A DNA stretch of 31,468 bases from Candidatus Scatomorpha intestinigallinarum (lineage in GTDB: Bacteria; Bacillota; Clostridia; Oscillospirales; Oscillospiraceae). The position numbers and the translations under genes are program-made. Where the stretch lies: the NCBI GenBank assembly GCA_018712225.1, contig DVHH01000106.1:1-31468 (forward strand). The letters are read 5' to 3'. This document shows positions 15,022-23,711 of the stretch, piece by piece. Below the pieces are notes generated by a model that did no database searches, was not told where the DNA came from, and was given only the letters and a program-made list of their open reading frames with translations. Every line of letters starts with the position of its first letter. Position 1 is the first letter of the stretch.

Positions 15022-17390
15022 CACAGTACGAAAAATCCGCCGCGACGCTGGAGCTGCCGGCGATACTCGCCATGCTCGCGCGCCACGCGGTGAGCGACGC
15101 GGCGAAGGAGCGCGCACTGGCGGTTTCGCCCTCGACTGACGCGGCGACGGTTAAGCGGCTGCTGGCCGAGACGAGCGCCGCGCGCGGCATGATGGTAAAG
15201 CGCGGCGGCCCCTCGTTTTCGGGCGTGAAGGACGTGCGCGCGAGCCTCTCGCGCGCGGACATGGGCGGCTGCCTGAACATACGCGAGCTAATGGACATCG
15301 CTGGCGTGCTCGGCGCTGCGCGCCAGGCGCGCAGCTACGCCGCCGGCGACGGCAGGGGCAACGAAAAGACCTGTATTGACGGCCTTTTCAACTCCCTCAT
15401 CACGAACCGCTTCCTTGAGGACAAGATAACGGGCTCCATCGCCGGCGAGGACGAGCTGGCTGACGCCGCGAGCCCTGAGCTGGCCTCGATACGGCGGCTC
15501 ATCCGCGCCGCCTCGGCCAGGGTGCGCGACGCGCTGCAAAAGATCATCTCTTCGCCCTCCTACGCCAAGGCGCTGCAGGACCCCATCATAACCACCCGCT
15601 CGGAGCGCTACGTCGTCCCGGTCAAGGCCGAGTTCAAAAACGCCGTGCCGGGCCTCGTGCACGACGTCTCCGCCTCGGGCGCTACGCTGTTCATAGAGCC
15701 GATGGCCGCCGTCAAGGCCAACAACGAGCTGCGCGAGCTGCGCGCCCGCGAGAAGGCCGAGGTCGAGCGCATACTCATGGAGCTGTCCGCCGACTGCGCC
15801 GAGCACGCGGACGACATCACGCGGGACTTCGGCATCCTCGTGTCGCTGGACCTCATCTTCGCCAAGGCGAAGCTGAGCTACGAGTACGACGGCATGGAGC
15901 CGGAGATCTCGGAGCGGGCCATAAGCCTGCGCCGCGCGCGGCACCCGCTGCTGCCCAAGGATACGGCCGTGCCGATAGACCTGGAGCTTGGCGGCGACTA
16001 CGACACCCTGGTCATCACCGGCCCCAACACCGGCGGCAAGACCGTGACCCTCAAGACCATCGGCCTCATGTGCGCTATGGCCGCCTGCGGCCTGCACCTG
16101 CCCGTGGCCGACGGCAGCTGCGTGCCGGTGTTCGACGCCGTCCTCGCGGACATAGGCGACGAGCAGAGCATAGAGCAGAGCCTTTCAACCTTTTCCTCGC
16201 ACATGACAAACATTGTGCGCATACTTAATGAATGTGGCCCCAGTACGCTCATCCTCTTCGACGAGCTGGGCGCTGGCACGGACCCGACGGAGGGCGCGGC
16301 GCTGGCCATTTCCATAATCGAATACGCGCGTGCGCGCGGAGCGGTGATAGCGGCGACGACGCACTACGCGGAGCTGAAGGTCTACGCCACGACGGCGAAG
16401 GGCGTCATGAACGCCTCCTGCGAGTTCGACGTGGCGACGCTGCGCCCGACCTACCGCCTGCTGGTGGGCATCCCGGGCAAGTCGAACGCCTTCGCCATCT
16501 CGGAGCGCCTGGGCGTGCCGGCTGAGATAATAGCGGATGCAAAGGGCCGTGTCGGCACCGAGAGCGCGAGCTTTGAGGCCACGATAGAGAAACTGGAATC
16601 CGTCCGCCAGGCCCTGGAGCGGGACAGGGACGAGGCACAGAGAAAGCTGCGCGAGGCCGAGGAGAACCGAAAGGAATCCGCGAAGATTAAGATAGAGCTT
16701 TCCATGCGCCTGGAGAAGGCGGAGCTGAAGGCCAAGCGGGACGCGGAGCGCATCATCGCGGAGGCGCGCGAGACGGCGGAGGCAGCCTTCGCGGAGATAG
16801 ACGAGATGCGCGCGCGGATGAACGACGAGGAGGACCACCGCGCCGCGAACGAAGCGCGCGCCGCGCTCCGGCGCAGGCTGAACGAAGCGGAGGAGAGCTT
16901 CGCGGAGAAGCCGGCCATGCCGGAGGAGAAGCGCGGACCCACGCGCCCCGCCGTCGTGGGCGACACGGTAGAGCTGCTGTCCATGGGCGTGAAGGCTGAG
17001 GTCACGGGCATAAACAAGGATGGTTCGCTCAGCCTCAGAGCGGGCATAATGAATGTGACGGCCCGCCAGGAAGAGGTCCGCGTGACCGAGGCCCAGCCCA
17101 AGAAAAAGGTAGCCTCAACGGGGAATACCACCTTCCGACAGGCGGCGGTCGCCCCTGAGCTCGACCTGCGCGGCATGGAGACGCTGGAGGCCATACCGGT
17201 GATGGAAAGGTATATAGACTCCGCCGTCATGGGTAAACTTCATACCGTGACGATCATCCACGGCAAAGGCACGGGCGCCCTGCGGCAGGCCGTCCAGCAG
17301 GCGCTGAGGAAAAACAAGGCCGTCAAGAGCTTCCGCCTCGGCAGATACGGCGAGGGCGAGACGGGAGTGACCGTTGTAGAACTGAAATAA
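15018..17390 (+). CDS. mutS2: Endonuclease MutS2
   Basis: ASGATLFIEP, Walker A ITGPNTGGKT, DIGDEQSIEQSLSTFSSH, DELGAGTDP.EG, a coiled-coil region, and a C-terminal Smr domain (LDLRG...IIHGKGTGAL). Confidence 0.97.
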   Translation: MTQYEKSAATLELPAILAMLARHAVSDAAKERALAVSPSTDAATVKRLLAETSAARGMMVKRGGPSFSGVKDVRASLSRADMGGCLNIRELMDIAGVLGAARQARSYAAGDGRGNEKTCIDGLFNSLITNRFLEDKITGSIAGEDELADAASPELASIRRLIRAASARVRDALQKIISSPSYAKALQDPIITTRSERYVVPVKAEFKNAVPGLVHDVSASGATLFIEPMAAVKANNELRELRAREKAEVERILMELSADCAEHADDITRDFGILVSLDLIFAKAKLSYEYDGMEPEISERAISLRRARHPLLPKDTAVPIDLELGGDYDTLVITGPNTGGKTVTLKTIGLMCAMAACGLHLPVADGSCVPVFDAVLADIGDEQSIEQSLSTFSSHMTNIVRILNECGPSTLILFDELGAGTDPTEGAALAISIIEYARARGAVIAATTHYAELKVYATTAKGVMNASCEFDVATLRPTYRLLVGIPGKSNAFAISERLGVPAEIIADAKGRVGTESASFEATIEKLESVRQALERDRDEAQRKLREAEENRKESAKIKIELSMRLEKAELKAKRDAERIIAEARETAEAAFAEIDEMRARMNDEEDHRAANEARAALRRRLNEAEESFAEKPAMPEEKRGPTRPAVVGDTVELLSMGVKAEVTGINKDGSLSLRAGIMNVTARQEEVRVTEAQPKKKVASTGNTTFRQAAVAPELDLRGMETLEAIPVMERYIDSAVMGKLHTVTIIHGKGTGALRQAVQQALRKNKAVKSFRLGRYGEGETGVTVVELK

Positions 17391-17447
17391 ATCCCCCGTT
17401 GCGCCCATGTCCTTGTTGTTGTAAATAGACAAATCGGGGAAAATCAG

Positions 17448-17476
17448 TTGACGTTTTCCGTGAAATTTGGTATCTT
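17448..17476 (+). promoter_or_regulatory. sigmaA-type promoter for ptsH
   Basis: TTGACG (17448-17453)-N17-TATCTT (17471-17476) with a TGn extension. Confidence 0.75.
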
Positions 17477-17532
17477 TATATTGCATGATGCCTGATTATC
17501 ACAGGCAGGGGTTGTGGAAGGAGTGGCTCTCA

Positions 17533-17796
17533 GTGATATCCAAAGAGGTAACAATAAACAATCAGGTCGGTCTTCACGCGCGGCCCGCGACCTTCTTCAT
17601 CCAGAAGGCTAACGAGTTCAAGAGCAGCATCTGGATCGAGAGGGAAGAGCGCCGTGTAAACGCGAAAAGCCTTCTCGGCGTGCTCTCTCTCGGCATTGTC
17701 AAGGGCACGGCCGTGAACATCGTAGCCGATGGTGTGGATGAGAACGAGGCCATTGCCACGCTCTCTGAGCTTATCGACTCCGATTTCTCCGAGTGA
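17533..17796 (+). CDS. ptsH: HPr-family phosphocarrier protein
   Basis: With GTG17533 (after AAGGAG), GLHARPA places His at residue 15 and NAKS places Ser at residue 46, the canonical HPr numbering. Confidence 0.93.
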   Translation: MISKEVTINNQVGLHARPATFFIQKANEFKSSIWIEREERRVNAKSLLGVLSLGIVKGTAVNIVADGVDENEAIATLSELIDSDFSE

Positions 17797-17815
17797 TCCT
17801 CGCAACAAAGTAACG

Positions 17816-17848
17816 GCGGGGGCGTGTTTGCTGCACGCCCCCGCTTTT
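17816..17848 (+). terminator. Intrinsic terminator after ptsH
   Basis: Perfect 11-bp stem GCGGGGGCGTG / CACGCCCCCGC, 7-nt loop, then TTTT. Confidence 0.75.
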
Positions 17849-17864
17849 GCAGGTTGGTGACATC

Positions 17865-18719
17865 ATGACCAGGAACAGGGCAATACTGGAGATGCTGCTG
17901 TGCGCCGCGCTGTGGAGCATAGCTGGTATTTTTATAAAACTGATACCGTGGAACTCGATCGTCATAGCGGGCCTGCGCAGCCTCATCGCCGGGCTCGTCA
18001 TGTTCGTATACATGCGCGCGCGGGGCATAGGCTTCACGGCGGACAGGCGCAGCCTGGCCGGCGGAACCGCCCTCTGCCTGACTTTGACCTGCTTCGTCGC
18101 GGCCAACAAGCTGACCACGGCGGCGAACTCCATAGTTCTGCAATTCACGGCGCCGATGTTCATCGTCGTCTTTTCGGCGCTGTTTTTGAAAAAGCGCTTT
18201 TCGCGTGCGGATGTCCTGGCCGTCGTTCTGACGATGGCGGGCATCTCGCTGTTTTTCTTTGACCAGCTGACGCCGGGACACCTGGCCGGCAACTGCGTGG
18301 CCATATTCGCCGGCATGGCCTTCGCCTGCTACTATATGAGCCTTGAGGGCGCGAGCGAGAGCCAGCGCATGAGCGCCATCCTCATCGCCCACGGCCTGAC
18401 CTTCCTCGTCGGCCTGCCCTTCACCTTCGTATATCCGCCGGAGCTTTCGGCCGCGCCCGTGGCCTGCATACTCGTGCTCGGCGTGGTGCAGCTGGGCATA
18501 CCATACGTGCTGCTTGGCCGGGCCTCGGGCGCCTGCCCGCCGCTGGCCTGCTCGCTGCTGGGCGCGGTGGAGCCGCTGCTCAACCCCGTGTGGGTCTTCA
18601 TTTTCGACGGTGAGGCCCCGGGCCTCTGGGCGCTCATAGGCGGCGTCGTGGTCGTCGCCACAATAACCGTATGGTGCGTCTACGGCGATTTGCGCGGGAA
18701 GAAGGCGGGCGCTGCATGA
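17865..18719 (+). CDS. EamA/DMT-family transporter
   Basis: Two EamA-like repeats (LWSIAGIFIK, AANSIVLQFTAP, EPLLNPVWV....GE.PG..ALIGG), about 10 hydrophobic segments. Confidence 0.88.
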   Translation: MTRNRAILEMLLCAALWSIAGIFIKLIPWNSIVIAGLRSLIAGLVMFVYMRARGIGFTADRRSLAGGTALCLTLTCFVAANKLTTAANSIVLQFTAPMFIVVFSALFLKKRFSRADVLAVVLTMAGISLFFFDQLTPGHLAGNCVAIFAGMAFACYYMSLEGASESQRMSAILIAHGLTFLVGLPFTFVYPPELSAAPVACILVLGVVQLGIPYVLLGRASGACPPLACSLLGAVEPLLNPVWVFIFDGEAPGLWALIGGVVVVATITVWCVYGDLRGKKAGAA

Positions 18720-20539
18720 ACGAAAAGCTCCCCGAGCTCCGGGAAAAGGCAAACCGCCTGCCGCTCCTGCCGGGAGTATATATAATGAAGGACGCGCGCG
18801 GCGAGGTCATCTACGTAGGCAAGGCCAAGGCACTCAAAAACCGCGTGTCGAGCTATTTCCGCGGCGAGCACCTGCCCAAGGTCGCCGCCATGGCAGATAA
18901 GGTGGACGATTTTGACGTCATCGTCGTCTCCACGGAGTTCGAGGCCCTTGTCCTCGAAAACTCCCTTATAAAGCGGCACAAGCCATATTATAATATCCTG
19001 CTCAAGGACGACAAGGGCTACCCTTATATCCGCCTGGACGACAAGAGCGAATATCCGACATTCTCGCTGACGAACCGCTACGCCAAGGACGGGGCGCGCT
19101 ATTTCGGCCCCTTCGGCGGGCGCTCGGTCACGAAGGATATAATAGATACGGTCAGCAAGGCCTTGCTGCTGCCCAGCTGCACGCGGAAGTTCCCGCGCGG
19201 CATCGGCAAGGCGCGGCCCTGCCTGAACTACCACATGGGCGCCTGCGCAGGCTGGTGCATGGCCGGACACACGGCGGAGGAATACCGCGCAGCCATGGAG
19301 CAGGCCGCCCTCATCCTCAGCGGCAAGACAAAGGAGCTCACCGAGGAGCTGACAGAGAAGATGCTCTCCGCCTCGGATGAGCTGAAATTTGAGCTCGCCG
19401 CCTCCTACCGGGACCGCATCCGCGCCGTCGAGGGCCTGGGCAACCGCCAGCGCGTCATCTCGGCGGTGTACGCGGATACGGATGCCGTGGGCTTCCACCG
19501 CGGGGCGAAGAGCTGCTTCTCCGTCCTCCACTTTGTAGGCGGCGACCTCGCCGCCAAGGACTTTGAGCTGATGGATGAGCCCCTTGAGGACGACGGCGAG
19601 GCTCTCTCCGGCCTCATCCGCCAGTATTACGCCCAGCGCGGCGCGTGGCCGAAGTTTATCCTCCTGCCCGCGGAGGCGGAGGACGCGGAGGCCCTCTCCC
19701 GGCTCTTCACGGAGCAGGCGGGACACAAGGTATCGGTCGAGACGCCGAAGCGCGGCGACAGGCTCCGCCTGGTGGAGAGCGCCGTCACCAACGCCAGGGA
19801 GGAGGCCGAGCGCGCCGCCACCGGTGCGCAGAAGACGCTGAAGACCCTGGAATGGCTGCAAAGGACGCTCGACCTGCCCGACATGCCGGAGCGCATAGAG
19901 GCCTTCGACGTCTCGAACCTCGGCTCCGAGGGCATCGTCGCGGCCATGACCGTGTTCGTCCACGGCCGCCCGCTCAAACGCGACTACCGCAAGTTCAGGA
20001 TGAAGGACCTCGACGGCCCGGACGACTACGCCTCCATGCGCGAGGCCGTGGGCCGGAGGTTCAGGCGGCTGCTGGAGGGCGACCTCAAGTTCTGCGAGGT
20101 GCCGGACCTGCTGCTCATAGACGGCGGCAGCGTCCACGCCGCGGCGGCGAGGGATACGCTCCGCGAGCTGGGGCTGGAGCTGCCTGTTTTCGGCATGGTG
20201 AAAGACGACAAACACCGCACACGAGCCCTGGCCTCGCCGGACGGGGCGGAGATCGGTATCAGCGGCAGCCCGGCGGTCTTCGCCTTTATCGGCACCATAC
20301 AGGAGGAGACGCACCGCTTCGCCATCGAATACCAGCGCAGCCTGCGCACAGCGAAGCTGCACTCCGCCCTGGACGACATAAAGGGCGTGGGCGATAAGCG
20401 CCGCGCGGAGCTTTTGAAATACTTCGGCACCATCCGCGCCATCAAGGCCGCGAGCCTGGAGGAGCTGCAAAAGGCCGTGCCGAAGAACACGGCCCAGGCC
20501 GTGTACGAGCATTATCACGCAAAAGAGAAGGAGGACTGA
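18716..20539 (+). CDS. uvrC: Excinuclease ABC subunit C
   Basis: GIY-YIG (PGVYIMKD...VIYVGKAKAL), Cys cluster, UVR motif FELAA.YRD, IEAFDVSN, DL.LIDGG, and a HhH (LDDIKGVG.KR). Start ATG18716 overlaps the upstream stop (ATGA). Confidence 0.97.
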   Translation: MNEKLPELREKANRLPLLPGVYIMKDARGEVIYVGKAKALKNRVSSYFRGEHLPKVAAMADKVDDFDVIVVSTEFEALVLENSLIKRHKPYYNILLKDDKGYPYIRLDDKSEYPTFSLTNRYAKDGARYFGPFGGRSVTKDIIDTVSKALLLPSCTRKFPRGIGKARPCLNYHMGACAGWCMAGHTAEEYRAAMEQAALILSGKTKELTEELTEKMLSASDELKFELAASYRDRIRAVEGLGNRQRVISAVYADTDAVGFHRGAKSCFSVLHFVGGDLAAKDFELMDEPLEDDGEALSGLIRQYYAQRGAWPKFILLPAEAEDAEALSRLFTEQAGHKVSVETPKRGDRLRLVESAVTNAREEAERAATGAQKTLKTLEWLQRTLDLPDMPERIEAFDVSNLGSEGIVAAMTVFVHGRPLKRDYRKFRMKDLDGPDDYASMREAVGRRFRRLLEGDLKFCEVPDLLLIDGGSVHAAAARDTLRELGLELPVFGMVKDDKHRTRALASPDGAEIGISGSPAVFAFIGTIQEETHRFAIEYQRSLRTAKLHSALDDIKGVGDKRRAELLKYFGTIRAIKAASLEELQKAVPKNTAQAVYEHYHAKEKED

Positions 20540-20542
20540 GCC

Positions 20543-21079
20543 ATGCGCGTCATAACCGGCACGGCCAGGGGCAGGAAGCTGCTGGAGCCGAGCGGCATGG
20601 ACATACGGCCGACGGCTGACGTCGTAAAGGAGGCCGTTTTCAACATTATACAGTTTGACATCGAGGGCCGCCGCGTGCTGGACCTCTTTGCGGGCACGGG
20701 CCAGCTGGGCATCGAGGCCCTTTCGCGCGGCGCGGCAGAGTGCGTTTTCGTGGATGAGAGCGCCAAGGCCGTGAAGCTCGTGCGGGAAAACCTCTCCCGC
20801 TGCAAGCTGCAGGGCCGTGTCATGCAGGCGGATGCCCTCGCGTGCCTGTCTCGTGGGGAAAAATACGATATTATCTTCCTCGACCCGCCTTATGACACGA
20901 CTTTGCTTGACAAATGCCTCGAAATAGTACAAAATGTTGACATATTGACCGATGGTGGTATAATCGTCTGCGAAAGCCGCCGGGAAAAGACCCTCCCTGA
21001 GCTGAAGGCCCCGCTTTCGCGCGTCTTCGACAGGGTTTACGGCAAGATAAAGATTACGGTTTATAAGAAGGAAACTTGA
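20543..21079 (+). CDS. rsmD: 16S rRNA (guanine966-N2)-methyltransferase
   Basis: MRVITG.ARG, RPT.D.VKEA.FN, LDLFAGTGQLGIEALSRGA, DPPY. Confidence 0.95.
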   Translation: MRVITGTARGRKLLEPSGMDIRPTADVVKEAVFNIIQFDIEGRRVLDLFAGTGQLGIEALSRGAAECVFVDESAKAVKLVRENLSRCKLQGRVMQADALACLSRGEKYDIIFLDPPYDTTLLDKCLEIVQNVDILTDGGIIVCESRREKTLPELKAPLSRVFDRVYGKIKITVYKKET

Positions 21080-21083
21080 GCTT

Positions 21084-21575
21084 ATGAGCATAGCTATTTG
21101 CCCCGGCAGCTTCGACCCCATGACCCTTGGTCACCTGAACATAGTTCGCCGCACCTCCCATATTTTTGACAGGGTCATAGTCGTCATCATGGTCAATGCG
21201 AGCAAGCGCTCGCCCATGTTTACGATAGAAGAGCGAGTGGACATGGCCCGCCGTGTCACCGCGCGCTTTGAAAACGTAACGGTGGACACCTACGACGGGC
21301 TGTTGGCGGAGTACGCCCGGCGCTACGAGGGCGCCGTCATCGTAAAGGGCCTGCGCGCGGGTACGGACTTTGAAAACGAGTTCCAGATGGCCCAGATAAA
21401 CAAGACCATAAACCCAGCCCTGGAGACGATGTTCCTCACATCCAGCGAGAAGTACACCTTCCTCAGCTCCTCAGTGGTGAGGGAGCTTGCGGGCTACGGG
21501 GCGGACCTTTCGGAATTCCTGCCGTGCGAGATAATAGACGAAGTTCTGGCTAAAGCCAAAACTGGAGGGGTATAA
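21084..21575 (+). CDS. coaD: Phosphopantetheine adenylyltransferase
   Basis: CPGSFDP.TLGH, KGLRAGTDFE.E, FLSSS.VRELA..G.D. Confidence 0.97.
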   Translation: MSIAICPGSFDPMTLGHLNIVRRTSHIFDRVIVVIMVNASKRSPMFTIEERVDMARRVTARFENVTVDTYDGLLAEYARRYEGAVIVKGLRAGTDFENEFQMAQINKTINPALETMFLTSSEKYTFLSSSVVRELAGYGADLSEFLPCEIIDEVLAKAKTGGV

Positions 21576-21576
21576 A

Positions 21577-22065
21577 ATGGACAACGAGGTCATGGAGCTC
21601 ATAGACGAGCTTTACTCCATGGTGTCAGAGGCCTGGGGAGTGCCTCTGGGCAACGACAAGTGCATAGTCGAGCGGGACAAGGTCCTCAACATGATAGAGG
21701 ATATCAAGGCCCAGCTTCCCGTGGAGCTCTCGGAGGCCAAGCGCCTCGTCTCCGCGCGCGATGAGTTTATCGGCAACGCCAAGCGCGAGGCCGAGTCCAT
21801 CCGCCGCGCCGCCGAGGAAAAGGCCCGCGCCCTTGTCGAGGAGCAGGAGATAGTCCGCATCGCCCGCGCGAGGAGCAGCGAGCTCGTCGCCAATGCCGAG
21901 AGCAAGTCGAAGGAGCTCCGCCGTGTCGCCAGCGACTACGTGGACGATATCCTCCGCCGCTCGGAGGAGAGCCTGGCCGCAGCCCTGAGCCAGGTCCGCG
22001 GCTCCCGCGGCCAGTTCCGTGCCGCCGCCGGCGTGCAGGAGCAGCAGCCCGCCCAGCAGAAATAA
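21577..22065 (+). CDS. Coiled-coil protein, SepIVA-like (family often labelled ATPase or ATP synthase B-like)
   Basis: N-terminal LIDEL...V.EA.GVP....C.V.R..VL..I.DI...LP.EL..A, a heptad-rich middle, and C-terminal YVD..L...E..L...L..V...R.QFR.AAG. Follows coaD. Confidence 0.7.
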   Translation: MDNEVMELIDELYSMVSEAWGVPLGNDKCIVERDKVLNMIEDIKAQLPVELSEAKRLVSARDEFIGNAKREAESIRRAAEEKARALVEEQEIVRIARARSSELVANAESKSKELRRVASDYVDDILRRSEESLAAALSQVRGSRGQFRAAAGVQEQQPAQQK

Positions 22066-22105
22066 TTTTCCAGTTTTTTCGGCTTCATACTAGATATTGA
22101 CGAAA

Positions 22106-22139
22106 TGGCGCCCATCCGCAAGGATGGGCGCCAAATTTT
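22106..22139 (+). terminator. Intrinsic terminator after the uvrC-rsmD-coaD-SepIVA-like genes
   Basis: Perfect 12-bp stem TGGCGCCCATCC / GGATGGGCGCCA with a GCAA (GNRA) tetraloop, followed by AATTTTGTGTTTT. Confidence 0.75.
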
Positions 22140-22215
22140 GTGTTTTATGTAGTAATCGGGCCTTTTAGCGTGCGCCTGGGGGCTGGAACGGGCTCAAAAA
22201 AATCTCAAAAACCGC

Positions 22216-22244
22216 TTGCAATTTCCCGGGGAGCTAAATATAAT
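22216..22244 (+). promoter_or_regulatory. sigmaA-type promoter of the dcw cluster
   Basis: TTGCAA (22216-22221)-N17-TATAAT (22239-22244), preceded by two CTCAAAAA A-tracts at 11-bp spacing (22193 and 22204), UP-element-like. Confidence 0.85.
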
Positions 22245-22256
22245 ATAAGCACCTGA

Positions 22257-22293
22257 GTGGGGCAAAGTGGTGAATAGTGTGGGATTTACCCAC
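22257..22293 (+). promoter_or_regulatory. MraZ operator repeats
   Basis: GTGGG (22257), GTGGT (22267) and GTGTG (22277) at exact 10-bp spacing just downstream of the -10, plus an inverted pair GTGGG (22279)/CCCAC (22289). MraZ is known to bind GTGG[G/A]-type repeats upstream of its own gene. Confidence 0.75.
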
Positions 22294-22357
22294 AAAAACT
22301 GGCATCAATTTCTAAAAATGCCGTCTGCTTTGCTATAAATTAAGGGAGGCGGCCGGT

Positions 22358-22774
22358 GTGACAGGCGAATATCAACACACCTTGGATTCCAAGGGCCGCC
22401 TTTTCATACCCGCAAAACTGCGGGACGAGCTGGGGGACACCTTCTACCTCACCGTGTCGGACGAGCGCTGCCTGCGCGCCTACAGCGCGGAGAGCTGGCA
22501 GAGCTTTGTGGACAGGGTGAGGGCCATGTCCTTTGTGGACAGGAAGAAGATGCGCCCATTTTTTGCCTGCGCCGCGAAGTGCGAGCTTGACGCGCAGGGC
22601 AGGGCGCTCCTGCCGCAGCAGCTGCGGGATTTTGCCGGCCTGGTGAAGAACGTCGCCGTCGTCGGCTGCGACGACCACGCGGAGCTCTGGGACAGCGCCG
22701 CCTGGGAGCCAGTGCATGAGGGTGAGACGACGCCGGAGTACATCGCCGCGATGATGAAGGAGCTTAATTTCTGA
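22358..22774 (+). CDS. mraZ: Division/cell wall cluster transcriptional repressor MraZ
   Basis: GEYQHTLDSKGRL.IP and ELDAQGR.LLP..LR (two DxxGR repeats), GGGAGG SD, GTG start. Confidence 0.96.
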   Translation: MTGEYQHTLDSKGRLFIPAKLRDELGDTFYLTVSDERCLRAYSAESWQSFVDRVRAMSFVDRKKMRPFFACAAKCELDAQGRALLPQQLRDFAGLVKNVAVVGCDDHAELWDSAAWEPVHEGETTPEYIAAMMKELNF

Positions 22775-23703
22775 TGGGCGGACACATACCGGTGCTCCTT
22801 GACGAGTGCATAAAATATCTGAACATAAAGCCTGACGGGGTCTATGTGGACGGCACGCTGGGCATGGGCGGACACTCTGAGGCTATTGCAAAGCTGCTGA
22901 CTACGGGCCGCCTGATCTCGATAGACCGGGACGCCTACGCCATTGAGCGCGCGGGCGAGCGGCTGGCCCCCTACGCGGACCGTGTCACCATCGTCCGCGG
23001 CAATTTCCGCGACCTCGGCGCCATCCTGGACGAGCAGGGCGTCGGGCTTGTGGACGGCATGCTCTTTGACCTGGGCGTATCCTCGCCGCAGCTGGACGAA
23101 GGCGGCAGGGGCTTTTCGTATATGGTGGACGCGCCTCTGGACATGCGGATGGACAAATCGGACAACATCGACGCCTGGTTCATCGTGAACCGCTGGCCGG
23201 AGGAGAAGATCTTCCGCATCCTGCGCGATTACGGCGAGGAGCGGCACGCCTCGCGCATAGCCAAGGCCATCGCCGCGCGTCGCGAAGAAAAGGAGATAAA
23301 GACAACAGCGGAGCTGGTGGAGCTCATAAAATCCGCCATGCCCGCCGCTGCCCTGAGGGAGAAGCAGCACCCCGCGAAGCGGAGCTTCCAGGCCATCCGC
23401 ATCGCGGTGAACGACGAGCTGGGCGCCGTCTCGGAGCTCATGGAAAACGCGCCCGACCGCCTGAAGCCGGGCGGCAGGCTCGCCGTCATCAGTTTCCACT
23501 CGCTGGAGGACAGGATAGTCAAAAACGCCATCCAGTCCCGCGAGAACGGCTGCACCTGCCCGCGTGAGGCCCCAATATGCACCTGCGGCTTTGTGCAGAC
23601 GCTCAGGAGCGTCACGCGCAAGCCCATAACCGCCGGGGGAGAGGAGCTTGAGCTGAACCCACGCTCCCGCAGCGCCAAGCTCCGCGTGGCGGAGCGCGTT
23701 TAG
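22774..23703 (+). CDS. rsmH: 16S rRNA (cytosine1402-N4)-methyltransferase
   Basis: HIPVLL.E, VDGTLG.GGHS, DLGVSSPQLD...RGFSY, PLDMRMD, FQAIRIAVNDEL, ISFHSLEDRIVK, NPRSRSAKLR. Confidence 0.98.
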   Translation: MGGHIPVLLDECIKYLNIKPDGVYVDGTLGMGGHSEAIAKLLTTGRLISIDRDAYAIERAGERLAPYADRVTIVRGNFRDLGAILDEQGVGLVDGMLFDLGVSSPQLDEGGRGFSYMVDAPLDMRMDKSDNIDAWFIVNRWPEEKIFRILRDYGEERHASRIAKAIAARREEKEIKTTAELVELIKSAMPAAALREKQHPAKRSFQAIRIAVNDELGAVSELMENAPDRLKPGGRLAVISFHSLEDRIVKNAIQSRENGCTCPREAPICTCGFVQTLRSVTRKPITAGGEELELNPRSRSAKLRVAERV

Positions 23704-23711
23704 GAGGTCGG

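Noticed and set aside
17391-17532. Possible cre (CcpA) site, and a short TGCCTG/CAGGCA leader hairpin upstream of ptsH
   Set aside because: No adequate match to TGWAANCGNTNWCA, and the 6-bp hairpin is unremarkable.
18680-21121. 813-aa ORF on the - strand opposite uvrC/rsmD
   Set aside because: Shadow ORF of GC-rich coding sequence: no recognisable motifs, and fully antisense to confidently identified genes.
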